Assembly (NCBI GenBank): GCA_027048265.1
Contig: JALTXS010000102.1
Location: 1-45,777, forward strand
DNA length: 45,777 nt
Reading direction: 5' to 3'
From: Desulfurococcales archaeon
GTDB taxonomy: Archaea > Thermoproteota > Thermoprotei_A > Sulfolobales > Fervidicoccaceae
Notes under the pieces: model-generated
Database searches by the model: none
Seen by the model: the letters and a program-made list of their open reading frames with translations, nothing else
Told to the model about the DNA's origin: nothing
Made by a program: the position numbers and the translations under genes
Part shown: piece by piece, positions 19,599 through 29,060 of the stretch
Layout: the number at the start of each line of letters is the position of its first letter
Position numbering within the stretch: the first letter of the stretch is position 1

Positions 19599-19770
19599 AT
19601 CATTAACGTCCCTACAAGGTTGTTTATGTGACGAAATTGTTCTTACTATTTCACGGATGTTATACTGGTAATAGTGATGTAACATACTCGTTGACAGTGG
19701 TATAATAGCCAGCTTAATGGGCAAAAAGCCTTTTTGTTTGACCAAAGATGTCGTGTTGCTAACTGAGGTC

Positions 19771-20163
19771 TCAAGAAGACGCTCCTTGCCTCAACGCTGT
19801 TCCCGCCATTTTCCCATAGTACTTGTTAAGTAGGTCTTTCAGTTTTTCCTGCAGGCTTTTTATTTGCTCCTTTAACTTTTCCTCCTCCTTGCGGTAACGT
19901 TCTAGCAATAGCTCGTTCATCTCTTTCTTTTCCTTCAGGTCTTCTAGAAGTTTGTTCCTGTCCTCTTCGAACAGTATGTTTCCAACATTTCTGTATACCT
20001 TCGTCTTATCCCCAAGCTCCTCGAGGGTCTCTATGATTCTTTTCAACTCGTTGAGCTCCCCCTCTAGTAGGGCTCTCTGATTTACTGTTGCAGTGTACTT
20101 CTCCTGGAGTTCGTCTAGCTCTTGTGCAATCTGTTGTATGTCCGAAGGTACTCTCTCGGCCAT
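19771..20163 (-). CDS. pfdB: Prefoldin beta subunit
   Basis: About 130 aa with a coiled-coil, beta-hairpin, coiled-coil layout (QRALLEGELNELK...KVYRNVGNILFEEDR...KEEEKLKEQIKSLQEKL). Conserved position in the exosome superoperon. Confidence 0.85.
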   Translation of the reverse strand: MAERVPSDIQQIAQELDELQEKYTATVNQRALLEGELNELKRIIETLEELGDKTKVYRNVGNILFEEDRNKLLEDLKEKKEMNELLLERYRKEEEKLKEQIKSLQEKLKDLLNKYYGKMAGTALRQGASS

Positions 20164-20248
20164 TTACGTTCACCTATTTATATCATGTTTTTATTTAGAG
20201 CTCACTATGGGGACTATTAATGTTTGGAGAAAAATATTGCAATAACAA

Positions 20249-20530
20249 TCATGTTGTTACAGGTTCTTTTATGACTTGGAGTGCTGTCATTAATAAATAA
20301 ATATATGCATTTAACAATGCCCTCGCGCCCGATGCTGAAGCGGATTCTATCTCGATAATTAGCCTTCTGCCAACCACAGTTATCTTTACATCTCCTCTTT
20401 TCCTGTCAGGTTGGGAGACTGTCTCTGGTAGCAGGGACTGGTACAATGCCTTAAGGACCTTTTCTTCCAGCGACTCCACTGTTATTCTTAGCTTGTATCG
20501 GTTTTTCTCGCTAACTTTTTTCCCCGACAC
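20249..20530 (-). CDS. pcc1: KEOPS subunit Pcc1
   Basis: 93 aa. KALYQSLLPE...LIIEIESASASGARALLNAYIYLLMTALQVI matches the Pcc1 pattern (..PE.., A.D...LR..lNsylr). GTG start. Confidence 0.7.
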   Translation of the reverse strand: MSGKKVSEKNRYKLRITVESLEEKVLKALYQSLLPETVSQPDRKRGDVKITVVGRRLIIEIESASASGARALLNAYIYLLMTALQVIKEPVTT

Positions 20531-21077
20531 GTTTGATTCCCCATATCCGTATTATCGGGCCTACCAGCTTTCTGGGGGATCCCTCATAAAAGTCTATCAC
20601 ATGCACCTTTTTTTCGCCAAGCCAGTACGGCCTTATTCTTATAACAAGAGAGTTTTTGGGCGGGATTCCGTCCAGAGGCTTTGCTTTAAACAGCTCTATG
20701 AAGAATATAGTTAACAGCCTGTCCTGCTCATCATCCGGGTAGGGTGCCAGGATATACGTTCCTTCGTTTTTGGAAGGTTTGCTATTGCCCGCTTCCCTTG
20801 AAAGAGTAATTCCTTTTAAAAAAACTGTGTAAATGTGACTGGGGTTATTATTTACTGGATCTATATCGTAGAGTCTGATTATGCTCGGGTTACCACGCAT
20901 TTCCCCGATGACTGCGAGAAAACGGGCCTTTTCCAAGCGGGCAAGCTCTACTATCTCCTGGAAGGTGTACTTACCTCTAGTTATGCGCACAAAGTGTGGA
21001 GATAAGGTTACAAAATCTTTTAAGAAGCTACGAGTCCTCTGTGAAGGCTCGCGTGAGGTAGTGAATACTGTCTTCAT
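20511..21077 (-). CDS. Brix-domain ribosome biogenesis protein (Imp4-like)
   Basis: MKTVFTTSREPSQRTRSFLKDF is a typical Brix N-terminus. Position next to L37Ae agrees. TATA-like CATATAATTC lies about 35 nt upstream of ATG 21077. Confidence 0.75.
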   Translation of the reverse strand: MKTVFTTSREPSQRTRSFLKDFVTLSPHFVRITRGKYTFQEIVELARLEKARFLAVIGEMRGNPSIIRLYDIDPVNNNPSHIYTVFLKGITLSREAGNSKPSKNEGTYILAPYPDDEQDRLLTIFFIELFKAKPLDGIPPKNSLVIRIRPYWLGEKKVHVIDFYEGSPRKLVGPIIRIWGIKRVGEKS

Positions 21078-21234
21078 AGCAAAAATGTCCCCATTGCATC
21101 GTGACACATGAATTATATGAGCATTCTCTTGTCACACGGTTACCCAGCGGATACATGGGGGATGCCGCTTGCTAGCCAGATGCTAAAAGACGCCATCCTA
21201 CTCTAGAAAAGGAGGCTAGGATTATCTAGGATAC

Positions 21235-21492
21235 TCACCTTTTTACTAGCTTTGGGAAGCCTTTTGAGAGGCCTGTCCTGGGCACGTATGCCCCTCCAGC
21301 CCATACTGATCCACACTTCTTGCACATCCATATACCTGTGCTTATACGCTTAATTCTTCCCTTGAAGCCGCAGAAGGGACACTGGTGCGGCGCATATCTT
21401 TTTTCCATAACCTCCCTGTAACGCTTCCTAAGAGTTGAACCATATCTTGCCCCGAATTTCCCAGCTATGCCAACCACTTTTGTTCTGCCCAT
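21235..21492 (-). CDS. rpl37ae: Ribosomal protein L37Ae (eL43)
   Basis: GRTKVVGIAGKFGARYG plus a C4 zinc ribbon, CPFCG...CKKCG. Confidence 0.95.
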   Translation of the reverse strand: MGRTKVVGIAGKFGARYGSTLRKRYREVMEKRYAPHQCPFCGFKGRIKRISTGIWMCKKCGSVWAGGAYVPRTGLSKGFPKLVKR

Positions 21493-21592
21493 AATCGCTC
21501 CCTCATCATGTTTTCAGCCTGTTGAATCTGTGACCGTTTGAGGGTTTAATAAGTATTTGATCACCTACTGGTTCGCATCTTGCGCGTTCTCC

Positions 21593-22450
21593 CTAAGTAG
21601 CATTATTCTTAAGCATTCTCTTGTAGCTGGTAACTGCTTTCTCTATTTCGTCAAAGTACTTCTTTGCCGTCTTCCATCCAAGCTCTATCATGTCGTCTAC
21701 ATCACTGGGTTCAAGTGCTCCCTCACCCATTTTCTGGAGACCTGCAATAGTGCCATCCCTAACAAATGATACTGATAGCCTAGAGTCCGCTACACTTTCT
21801 TCCTCATCGTTGGGATCCACAACGAGATGCTGCCCTATCTTCGCTATCGTTGCTGTGATGACCATCTTCTCCATTGGAAGCTCCTTCTCATATTCGAAGC
21901 GCTTTATTATAGGAGGGTCAGCATCTTTGTCTACTGAAGGCACACGTGTAGTGGCAAGGGCTGCAAGTGTAGCTATTGCACCAGCGTCTATTAGGTTTCC
22001 AGCGTGATTGAGCACATATATGTCGTCCCATATCACGAGGACTTTTTGACCAGGCACCACAACTAGCTCGTCGAGCTTTATCGCATGTGTCTCCCTGAAA
22101 GAACGATCAATAACCCTTGCAAGTTCAAATGCGTTTTCATCGGGAGGCCCGGGCTCGAAATAGGGAGAGGCTACTGGCACGAATTCTGCATTGACCATCA
22201 TAATGCCCTCATTGGGCGAGTCAGGGTAAGGCGTCCCAAGCTCTATCTTTATGCCTGCAAGAACCACTGTTTCCCCGAGACGGACAAGGGCAGAGCCGTC
22301 TGCTTTCTCAACGTATCCTGGCTCTATCTTTATTGGCCTAACCTCGTCAAGCTTCCTTCCATCAATGCGCTTTCCCTCCTCTAGTAGTGATATTATTGTG
22401 TCCTTCTTGACTTTCGGGACAAGTGGTATTTGAGAAGGTGTTAACGACAT
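21593..22450 (-). CDS. rrp42: Exosome subunit Rrp42 (inactive RNase PH-like)
   Basis: RIDGRKLDEVRPIKIEPGYVEKADGSALVRLGETVVLAGIK. Follows rrp41. ATG 22450. Confidence 0.9.
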   Translation of the reverse strand: MSLTPSQIPLVPKVKKDTIISLLEEGKRIDGRKLDEVRPIKIEPGYVEKADGSALVRLGETVVLAGIKIELGTPYPDSPNEGIMMVNAEFVPVASPYFEPGPPDENAFELARVIDRSFRETHAIKLDELVVVPGQKVLVIWDDIYVLNHAGNLIDAGAIATLAALATTRVPSVDKDADPPIIKRFEYEKELPMEKMVITATIAKIGQHLVVDPNDEEESVADSRLSVSFVRDGTIAGLQKMGEGALEPSDVDDMIELGWKTAKKYFDEIEKAVTSYKRMLKNNAT

Positions 22451-22492
22451 GATATCACCCACTAGGTGTTCAAGGTAGAGGCATTTAACATG

Positions 22493-23254
22493 CTAAGAGT
22501 GTTGTTGCTGTTTATTTTTACCAGCCTCACTATATGCGGTAAATTTCTCTTTAAGGACACTCTTCTGCATCTCATATATCTTGTTGATAGCGCCAATAGC
22601 CATGTTTATTGCTTGTTTAAACTCTTCTCTACTAAGGCTCCCGTTCAGTTGGAGAAGCACTATTTTGCCTAGGCCGGGCATCATAGCCACCGGCATATCC
22701 GCTTCTCCCATACTGTCCTCCACCTCGTCAACATCCACAACTATCCTGCCACCGACCTTTCCAACAGCCACGCCCGCGATCAAGTCCCTCATGGGTATAC
22801 CAGCATCGGCTAACGCCAGCGAGGCAGCGGTTATACCCGCGGTGCGGGTGCCACCATCTGCTTGAAGCACCTCTATGAACACGTCTATAGTAGTCCGAGG
22901 GTAGAGCCTTGTGAATACACTTGCTTCTAGCGCCTCTCTGATGACTTTTGAGAGCTCTATTTCCCTCCTGCTGGGGGCGGGGTTCTTTCTCTCTGTTGTG
23001 CTGAAGGGCGCCATATGGTATCTTATCCTGAGAATGGCCCTACCAGGTAGAGTCATGTGCTTGGGGAGTATCTCTCTAGGCCCGTATACTGCAGCTAGTA
23101 TCCTCGTCTTTCCGAACTCAACCAAGGCCGAACCCTGGGCGTTGTCGAGAACACCTACCTGCATTCTCACAGGACGCATATCTTCGGGCTTTCTCCCGTC
23201 ATGGCGCACGCCCTTCTCTTCGTCAAAAAGCAGTATATCCGTCTTCTTAACCAT
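22493..23254 (-). CDS. rrp41: Exosome catalytic subunit Rrp41 (RNase PH)
   Basis: [45 protein letters not shown] and [28 protein letters not shown]. Confidence 0.93.
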   Translation of the reverse strand: MVKKTDILLFDEEKGVRHDGRKPEDMRPVRMQVGVLDNAQGSALVEFGKTRILAAVYGPREILPKHMTLPGRAILRIRYHMAPFSTTERKNPAPSRREIELSKVIREALEASVFTRLYPRTTIDVFIEVLQADGGTRTAGITAASLALADAGIPMRDLIAGVAVGKVGGRIVVDVDEVEDSMGEADMPVAMMPGLGKIVLLQLNGSLSREEFKQAINMAIGAINKIYEMQKSVLKEKFTAYSEAGKNKQQQHS

Positions 23255-23258
23255 ATTT

Positions 23259-24011
23259 TCACACCTCCTCCTTCACTTTTCTAATATAATCAACTATCTC
23301 CTCTACCGAGGGGGGCTTCACTCTCTTGGTCTGCTCAATATTCTTTATAGCGAGGACGACCAGGTCTTCCGACCTCCTGTCGGGGCCTTTTATCCATATT
23401 CTGGCATTGTCTGCTATAACTATCCTGGCGCCAGTCTCCCTCTCTATAGCTTCGATCATGCTCTTCTTCTTGCCAACAATCCACGGAACCCGAGATAGTC
23501 GAACCTCTATCACCTTACCGTCAAGTATCTTTCCATAGTTCTTGCCCTTAGCTGATATTATGGGGTCCCTGTTCCTGTCGAAGCTGAGTATCTCAGCCAG
23601 AATGTATTCGCCTACATCAAGGTACCTTCTCAGCGTATCGTATCCTCCGGTATGCTTCATTATGGTCTCTCCTACAGGTAACTGGGCATTGTACGGACTA
23701 TTAATATCCACAACCCAATAGGTGGTCCCAATGTCAATGACCATGCCAATGACCATATGACCCGGTCGGGGTATGTAGGTGAGGTCAAATGGTTTAAGAT
23801 AAACCTTCTCAACGTCCTTCCCATTCCTATCAATCTTCCTAATCTCCACAACTCCAGGCACTGCCGCTCGTATAACGTCACCATCCCTATATGCAAAGGG
23901 CGTATTAAAATCAACATCACCGACAGCTAACACGTCACCTGGAAGGACGACATCCCCCTCTCCCACCATAATACGCGTCTGTTCTGCCATGGCCTGCTGG
24001 TCCTCAGCCAT
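23259..24011 (-). CDS. rrp4: Exosome RNA-binding subunit Rrp4 (S1 + KH)
   Basis: S1-like segment [20 protein letters not shown] and KH-like segment [21 protein letters not shown]. Confidence 0.9.
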   Translation of the reverse strand: MAEDQQAMAEQTRIMVGEGDVVLPGDVLAVGDVDFNTPFAYRDGDVIRAAVPGVVEIRKIDRNGKDVEKVYLKPFDLTYIPRPGHMVIGMVIDIGTTYWVVDINSPYNAQLPVGETIMKHTGGYDTLRRYLDVGEYILAEILSFDRNRDPIISAKGKNYGKILDGKVIEVRLSRVPWIVGKKKSMIEAIERETGARIVIADNARIWIKGPDRRSEDLVVLAIKNIEQTKRVKPPSVEEIVDYIRKVKEEV

Positions 24012-24012
24012 T

Positions 24013-24723
24013 TTACTCTACCCTCATAACGTTTATCTGGGCCTCCCCTCTTGTCATCTTGTTAAGCTTGTCTATGAGCTCGTTCTGCATACCTGCAGGG
24101 ATTTCTATCTCCATTACCAGGGAGCCGTCGCTTTTCCACGAGGTGTTCTTAACCTCCCCCAAAGAGCGGCCCTGCTGGTATACCCTCCCCGAGTATGCGG
24201 GAGGAATAACCACCCTGACGAGGGCCTTTGCAAGTTTTATTGGCAGTATCCTGTTTATTGCTCGGGCAATAATAAGGGCTTGTTCCTCGACAGGTTTATA
24301 GAGATCAATACCCACCCTGGCCTCCTCCATCGCCCTTTCTATCCTCTGGGGAGGAATAGGCAGCTTCGTCTTAGGATCGATGGCATTTCTTGAGAGAAAG
24401 CTTATTATCAGGTTCTTTTTAGCCTCCAGCATCCTTCTCCTCTGCTCAGTTGTAAGCTGGAGCTCTCCTTTCTTGATTATAATATCCGCAATCTTGTAAA
24501 TGTCCTCGGTGCCGAAGACCTTCCTCATATCCTCAGGGCTCGCTTTAAGCCCTTTTCTAGCATCCTTGTAAACAATATCCCCTACAATAACTTCACGTAT
24601 ATCATGTTTGCCTGACTCCCTGTACTCAAATACCAGTTGAGGATGAGTAAGTATCTCGAACCTCTTACCTCCTACCTCATACCTGGCGATCACATAGTCC
24701 TTACCTTCGGACAAGTTACACAC
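24013..24723 (-). CDS. sdo1: SBDS/Sdo1 ribosome maturation protein
   Basis: VIARYEVGGKRFEIL...KGELQLTTEQRRRMLEAKK... Conserved position between rrp4 and psmA. GTG start. Confidence 0.88.
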   Translation of the reverse strand: MCNLSEGKDYVIARYEVGGKRFEILTHPQLVFEYRESGKHDIREVIVGDIVYKDARKGLKASPEDMRKVFGTEDIYKIADIIIKKGELQLTTEQRRRMLEAKKNLIISFLSRNAIDPKTKLPIPPQRIERAMEEARVGIDLYKPVEEQALIIARAINRILPIKLAKALVRVVIPPAYSGRVYQQGRSLGEVKNTSWKSDGSLVMEIEIPAGMQNELIDKLNKMTRGEAQINVMRVE

Positions 24724-25037
24724 CCCATGCTATTGAAAATTACGATGCGCTTACAGACTACTAATTATCCCATGTAAATGAATCAACGACCCAGGGGTAT
24801 AACCATTATGACCATCCAGGGCAGGTGCTTCTAAGGACAGTTGCTTTCATGGATATTGTTAACTATTGTCTTCCATAGAGGCTTATTGTCTCTAGTTCAC
24901 TATTTGAATATTGATATATTTCGTGTTAAGGTTAGATAGAAGGAGATATACTTACAATCTTTATATTTTTGTGTAAATGTTAGGTCTATACTCGATTATA
25001 GAATAGACGGTGTTAGGAAATCAAGTATAGATATTGA

Positions 25038-25763
25038 TTAGTCAAGCTTCTTCAGATAGGATTCCAACTCCTCTCCTTTTAGCTTCCTGTACTCGCCCGT
25101 CTCTACTGGTATAACAGCGATGTCAATCATTCTGCTGTTGAGCTTCTTATCTTCACTAACTTCACGTATGACTTCTAGAGCTAGGAGAATAGCCTCGTCT
25201 AAATTCATGTCCTCTTTGTATCTTTTTTCAAGTATCTCTTCTATCTTCTGCTCCCCTCTTCCTATTGCTGCAGCATAGTAGCCGAAATACTGGCCCGCAG
25301 GGTCTGTCTTGAATAAGTGGGGACCACTGCTGTCAACACCTCCTATTAGCAGGGATACGCCGAAAGGCCTAACGCCACCATGCTGCGTATACGCCTGTTT
25401 TATGTCACTTATGTTCTTAGTGAGAAACTCTACTGGTATGGGTTCCCCGAATGTCATCCTGTGCCTGACTGAGAGCACCCTTGCATGCTCTATGAGGACC
25501 CTTCCATCACTACCGAAGCCTGCGAACGTCACCCCTATGTGAGTGTCTATGGGCATTACCTTTTCAATAGTATCAATGTCTATGAGTGGTTTTATCTGAG
25601 TCTTCTCAGCAGCAAGCACTACGCCTTCCTTAACCTTGATACCAAGGGTGCTCCATCCCTGCCTGACTGCCTGGAAAGCGTACTCGACCTGATATAGCTT
25701 GCCGTCTGGCGAGAATATGGTCAAGGCTCGGTCGTATCCCATTACCGAGGGTGAAAACGCCAT
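25038..25763 (-). CDS. psmA: Proteasome alpha subunit
   Basis: YDRALTIFSPDGKLYQVEYA signature; 241 aa. Confidence 0.96.
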   Translation of the reverse strand: MAFSPSVMGYDRALTIFSPDGKLYQVEYAFQAVRQGWSTLGIKVKEGVVLAAEKTQIKPLIDIDTIEKVMPIDTHIGVTFAGFGSDGRVLIEHARVLSVRHRMTFGEPIPVEFLTKNISDIKQAYTQHGGVRPFGVSLLIGGVDSSGPHLFKTDPAGQYFGYYAAAIGRGEQKIEEILEKRYKEDMNLDEAILLALEVIREVSEDKKLNSRMIDIAVIPVETGEYRKLKGEELESYLKKLD

Positions 25764-25836
25764 GCTAGACGACCTCTGCTCCTGATGGTCGGGTGTAAAT
25801 AAAGCGTGTGCGAGGGTAATTAATGGTTGTGTATTA

Positions 25837-25909
25837 GGTCAGTTCGTCGCGAGGCGCTCATCAGTTGATTTACTCAACTTCGTTCTTTGGAGCGGCCTCA
25901 TCATCCCCC
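25837..25909 (-). ncRNA. Candidate C/D-box sRNA (2'-O-methylation guide)
   Basis: The minus strand reads GGGGG-ATGATGA(C)-N34-TGATGA(C')-GCGCCTCGCGACGAA-CTGA(D)-CC. It lies in the Pop5/psmA spacer, upstream of the psmA TATA (CTTTATTTAC). Spacings are longer than the canonical 12 nt and D' is degenerate. Confidence 0.3.
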
Positions 25910-25968
25910 TCTAATAGATAAGTATCCGCATTTTTAAACATGACAATGTTCATGAGGCATCTTGAGCT

Positions 25969-26487
25969 CTAGCCCCTTCCTCGTTTTCCTAGTATAACCT
26001 CTCTTGCCCTTTTTATTGAACCACTTATGCGTATAGGGATTATTAGGACTGGCTTGTCTTCAATGTTTCTCACATATGACAATGCAATTATCACTTTGTC
26101 CTTCCACAAGTGAGATACTCTGAGAACCCCATAGCCGGTACTGGGCTCGTATATGGCCAAGTACATCCTCGATAGAGACAGTCCATAGTCTCCATAAAGT
26201 CTGCTTATGGCGGTTTTGATAGCATTTTCAACATCACCATGACCTATGGGCTCTTGCGAGAGAAGCCTGAATACTATGTACCTTTTCCTCGGCTTTTTCT
26301 TGGCCTTCTTACTAAGGCTGGCCAGGGTTTCCACATTCTCCATTGATGACGCGATAAGCCCTTCTAGCCTTCCCACAATCTTAGCCAATTCCCTAGAACG
26401 TTGATACGCTACAATGGAATACGCTAGGGATATGGTAATTAGCAGGAGTATCACTACGAGTAGACCACTATCGGAGCCTGTGTTCAT
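25969..26487 (-). CDS. rnp2: RNase P protein component 2 (Pop5), with a non-canonical N-terminal hydrophobic extension if ATG 26487 is used
   Basis: Pop5 core RKRYIVFRLLSQEP...GYGVLRVSHLWKDKVIIALSYV...ISGSIKRAREV. A canonical-length protein would start at ATG 26343. Confidence 0.75.
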   Translation of the reverse strand: MNTGSDSGLLVVILLLITISLAYSIVAYQRSRELAKIVGRLEGLIASSMENVETLASLSKKAKKKPRKRYIVFRLLSQEPIGHGDVENAIKTAISRLYGDYGLSLSRMYLAIYEPSTGYGVLRVSHLWKDKVIIALSYVRNIEDKPVLIIPIRISGSIKRAREVILGKRGRG

Positions 26488-26498
26488 CTCACAACACC

Positions 26499-27110
26499 CT
26501 AGTCACCATCCAGGTATGTTGGCCTTAGTCCTAGGAGGCCGTATCTTCCGTTGTTCACTATTTCCTGGAAAAGTGACCGTATATGGTAGGGGTGCCAGAC
26601 CTCGTTCCAGGAGAGAGCGTTGCTGTAAAGTACGAATGGTATGTCATATCTATAGACACGCTCAATTAGTGTCCTGAACCATCCATAGGAGCGTGGGTTT
26701 CTAAGTAGGACAGAAAGGTTAATTCCAATGACCGAATGCCCCGATTCAAGTAATGCTCGCTGGTTCCTGTCTATAACGTTCAATGTACGCCTGTTTACCT
26801 CCACTATTTTTACCCTTGGGTCCCTCGACATGGCTCTAAATGTGGCGATATTGACCGTCCTTCCAATAAACGTGGCACCAGGCGTCGTCTCCCTCGCCTT
26901 TGAGAGCTTTTTCTTAAACTCTTTTTCCGACAAAGCTTCTAGCACCACTACTTTGATAACATTTATTCCTTTATCCGTGAAAACCTGAGCTGTCTCGGGT
27001 AACCGAGTCGCCTCAATACCTACACATGTGTAGCCGGATCTCCTCATTATGCCAGCCATTTTGGAAGCCTCTAGCCTACTCTTAGGAGCCACCAGCTGGT
27101 CGCAGAACAT
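26499..27110 (-). CDS. rnp3: RNase P protein component 3 (Rpp30)
   Basis: MFCDQLVAP..., IGINLSVLL..., YDIPFVLYSNALSWNEVWHPYHIRSL (Rpp30 pattern ..SSdA....lR.P). Immediately upstream of Pop5. Confidence 0.7.
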   Translation of the reverse strand: MFCDQLVAPKSRLEASKMAGIMRRSGYTCVGIEATRLPETAQVFTDKGINVIKVVVLEALSEKEFKKKLSKARETTPGATFIGRTVNIATFRAMSRDPRVKIVEVNRRTLNVIDRNQRALLESGHSVIGINLSVLLRNPRSYGWFRTLIERVYRYDIPFVLYSNALSWNEVWHPYHIRSLFQEIVNNGRYGLLGLRPTYLDGD

Positions 27111-27132
27111 TATATGCACCACTAGGGATGCC

Positions 27133-27627
27133 TTAAGATCGCGTGTTCATAATCCCCTTATCATTAAGCATTTTCCTAAGACTCCGCTGGTCCCTGAACC
27201 TTATGGTAATCTTAACAGACTCGTCACCGTCCCATAGTATGAAACGGCCCGATAACAGATACTGCTTATGAAGCCTGAGGTGCAGTACATTGTTTCCCTG
27301 TATTCTCTGTTCTATGGTTGCTCTTAAGAGAGAAAGCGATGTCGGCTCCAGCTTTCGCATTATCTCCCCCAACACCCTAGCGGCGTCACTATCCTCAAAT
27401 ACAACCCTGTAGTATGTTATTGGATTCCCGTGGTGACCCGAATGCTCCTGCTTTTCTAAAACCATTTTCCCCCTAAGTTCACGGGGAACTATTCTTTCAA
27501 TGACTTTAACAACTTTAACGGGATCTTCTGTCGCATGCTTTATTGCTGTAATCTCTATCCTCGCGACTCCCCTTATCTCAACCTGGCTATCTCTCTCCTT
27601 ATTCAACGTATGCCCCTTCCTCGTCAC
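27133..27627 (-). CDS. Exosome-superoperon RNA-binding protein (COG1325 / PF01877-type)
   Basis: N-terminus IEITAIKHATEDPVKVVKVIERIVP matches the family's vh.TED..kV pattern. Canonical position upstream of Rpp30. GTG or TTG start. Confidence 0.6.
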   Translation of the reverse strand: MTRKGHTLNKERDSQVEIRGVARIEITAIKHATEDPVKVVKVIERIVPRELRGKMVLEKQEHSGHHGNPITYYRVVFEDSDAARVLGEIMRKLEPTSLSLLRATIEQRIQGNNVLHLRLHKQYLLSGRFILWDGDESVKITIRFRDQRSLRKMLNDKGIMNTRS

Positions 27628-27911
27628 ATGGTAACAGTCTTTACATAATTCGCATGAACCTGTACAAAGTTTTTAATCCCATACCCTTTTCTAAATCATG
27701 AACATCTGAGAATGATACCCAAGGATTCTACCATACGTTGTTAAGCTTATCTTGATGAGTAAGTCTCTTAGGTTATCCTACAGGATACCTCCATTTTCTA
27801 GGCATTCGAGGGAGAGCATCTGGTATATTGATTACTGATGGGTGGAGGCAGACCCGCTTTGGCCATCCTTCGCAAAACTGGGCTTTACATTAAATGTAGT
27901 TAAAGCAAGTT

Positions 27912-28370
27912 TTAGAAGGCTGTAGAGACGAGCAGGCGAGCCATCTCAGGGTCGTATTTCCAGTCTTTGGGCAGTCTTCCTACCCTTACGTAGTACTTTC
28001 CTAGCCTCCTTATTTTAGATTCTATTTCCTGGAGTCCTTTCATAGCGTTCTTATCCTTAGGATGTTCTTCAAGGTGCCTTCTAAGGTTCACGGCTCTCTT
28101 CATCAGGTTAAACAGGTCCTCTGGTATCGGTTGCAGCAGGCCTTTTTCCTCTAGTATCTGGGTTATTGTCTTCCCTGTTATTGGCTTTACAAGGGGTATG
28201 CCGTACTGATCCCTGAGTATGATCCCTATCATTGATGGCGTGTAGCCTTTTTTAGCGAGCTCCGCAACAAGGTCCTCTATTTCCTCTGGTTCGAATTTGA
28301 CCCACTTTGGTATGCCTACCCTTGCCGGTCTAGTGCTTTGGGATTTGCCCTTCTTTTTCTTCTTGTTCAT
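27912..28370 (-). CDS. rps15: Ribosomal protein S15 (uS15)
   Basis: [24 protein letters not shown]...[21 protein letters not shown] 28370. The track's upstream extension overlaps the HAM1 gene. Confidence 0.93.
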   Translation of the reverse strand: MNKKKKKGKSQSTRPARVGIPKWVKFEPEEIEDLVAELAKKGYTPSMIGIILRDQYGIPLVKPITGKTITQILEEKGLLQPIPEDLFNLMKRAVNLRRHLEEHPKDKNAMKGLQEIESKIRRLGKYYVRVGRLPKDWKYDPEMARLLVSTAF

Positions 28371-28438
28371 GCTCAGAGCACCTTTTATGATACCCTCTGA
28401 GGCCTGTAATGTTTTGGTCATGGAGGGGATTAATAACC

Positions 28439-29035
28439 TTACTTGGAACCCGCGTGACGGGTGCTTCCCTGCATGAGGGTTTTTAGCCATTGGGCTAGCT
28501 TTCTAAACGCCTGCGACCTGTGACTGTACAGGTTTTTCTCGCTGATGCTCATTTCAGCGAAGGTTTTTCCTGCCCCATCAGGTTCGAATATGGGGTCGAA
28601 ACCAAATCCCCTGTTTCCCCTGATTTGCCGCGCTATTATGCCATCCACCCTCCCTTTGAACACTTTTTCGTAAGGGGGTATGATTACCGCAATGGCAGTC
28701 TCGAAGTAGGCACTACGATCGCTGGAGTCCTCCATGAGCTTTAATATGCCAGATAGCCCGAGCTTCTCAAATACGTAGCTGCTATAAGGTCCTGGGAAGC
28801 CTCTCAGCGCCTTGACGAATAGACCCGAGTCCTCGACTAAGAGAGGGTGTCTCACTATACTATAGGCATGCCTCGCCGCAAAAAGGGCTATCTTGTCGAG
28901 TCTCTCGGATTGTATTTCGAGCTTCTCGACTTCTATAGGATGAAACTCCAGCGTTTCCGGGGGAAGTTCTCTTTCCAGTACTTCCCGAGCTTCTTCATAC
29001 TTGTTTCTGTTACCTGTCACAAAATATAACGTCAA
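28439..29035 (-). CDS. Non-canonical purine NTP pyrophosphatase (HAM1/RdgB family)
   Basis: [36 protein letters not shown]. The proposed TTG at 29035 lies 26 nt after the Bud32 stop. The track start at 29143 is also TTG and would overlap Bud32. Confidence 0.85.
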   Translation of the reverse strand: MTLYFVTGNRNKYEEAREVLERELPPETLEFHPIEVEKLEIQSERLDKIALFAARHAYSIVRHPLLVEDSGLFVKALRGFPGPYSSYVFEKLGLSGILKLMEDSSDRSAYFETAIAVIIPPYEKVFKGRVDGIIARQIRGNRGFGFDPIFEPDGAGKTFAEMSISEKNLYSHRSQAFRKLAQWLKTLMQGSTRHAGSK

Positions 29036-29060
29036 AGTTTTCCCAATTGGCCTAAGCCTG

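Noticed and set aside
21493-21592. Minus-strand CTGA-AAAC-ATGATGA arrangement (like D'-loop-C') just upstream of the L37Ae start
   Set aside because: There is no C box about 12 nt upstream of the CTGA. The position where a D box should fall is the L37Ae start codon region. More likely this is the L37Ae leader and SD (GAGGGAG).
22911-23498. 195-aa plus-strand ORF spanning the rrp41/rrp4 junction
   Set aside because: It is antisense to two conserved exosome genes and I recognised no domain in it.
27628-27911. 284-nt spacer after S15, with small palindromes (GGTTATCCTACAGGATACC, TACATTAAATGTA) and TTGATGA / CTGATGG strings
   Set aside because: The box spacing does not fit a C/D sRNA and there is no tRNA-like cloverleaf. 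T-tracts right after the S15 stop and promoter elements for the downstream gene explain most of it.
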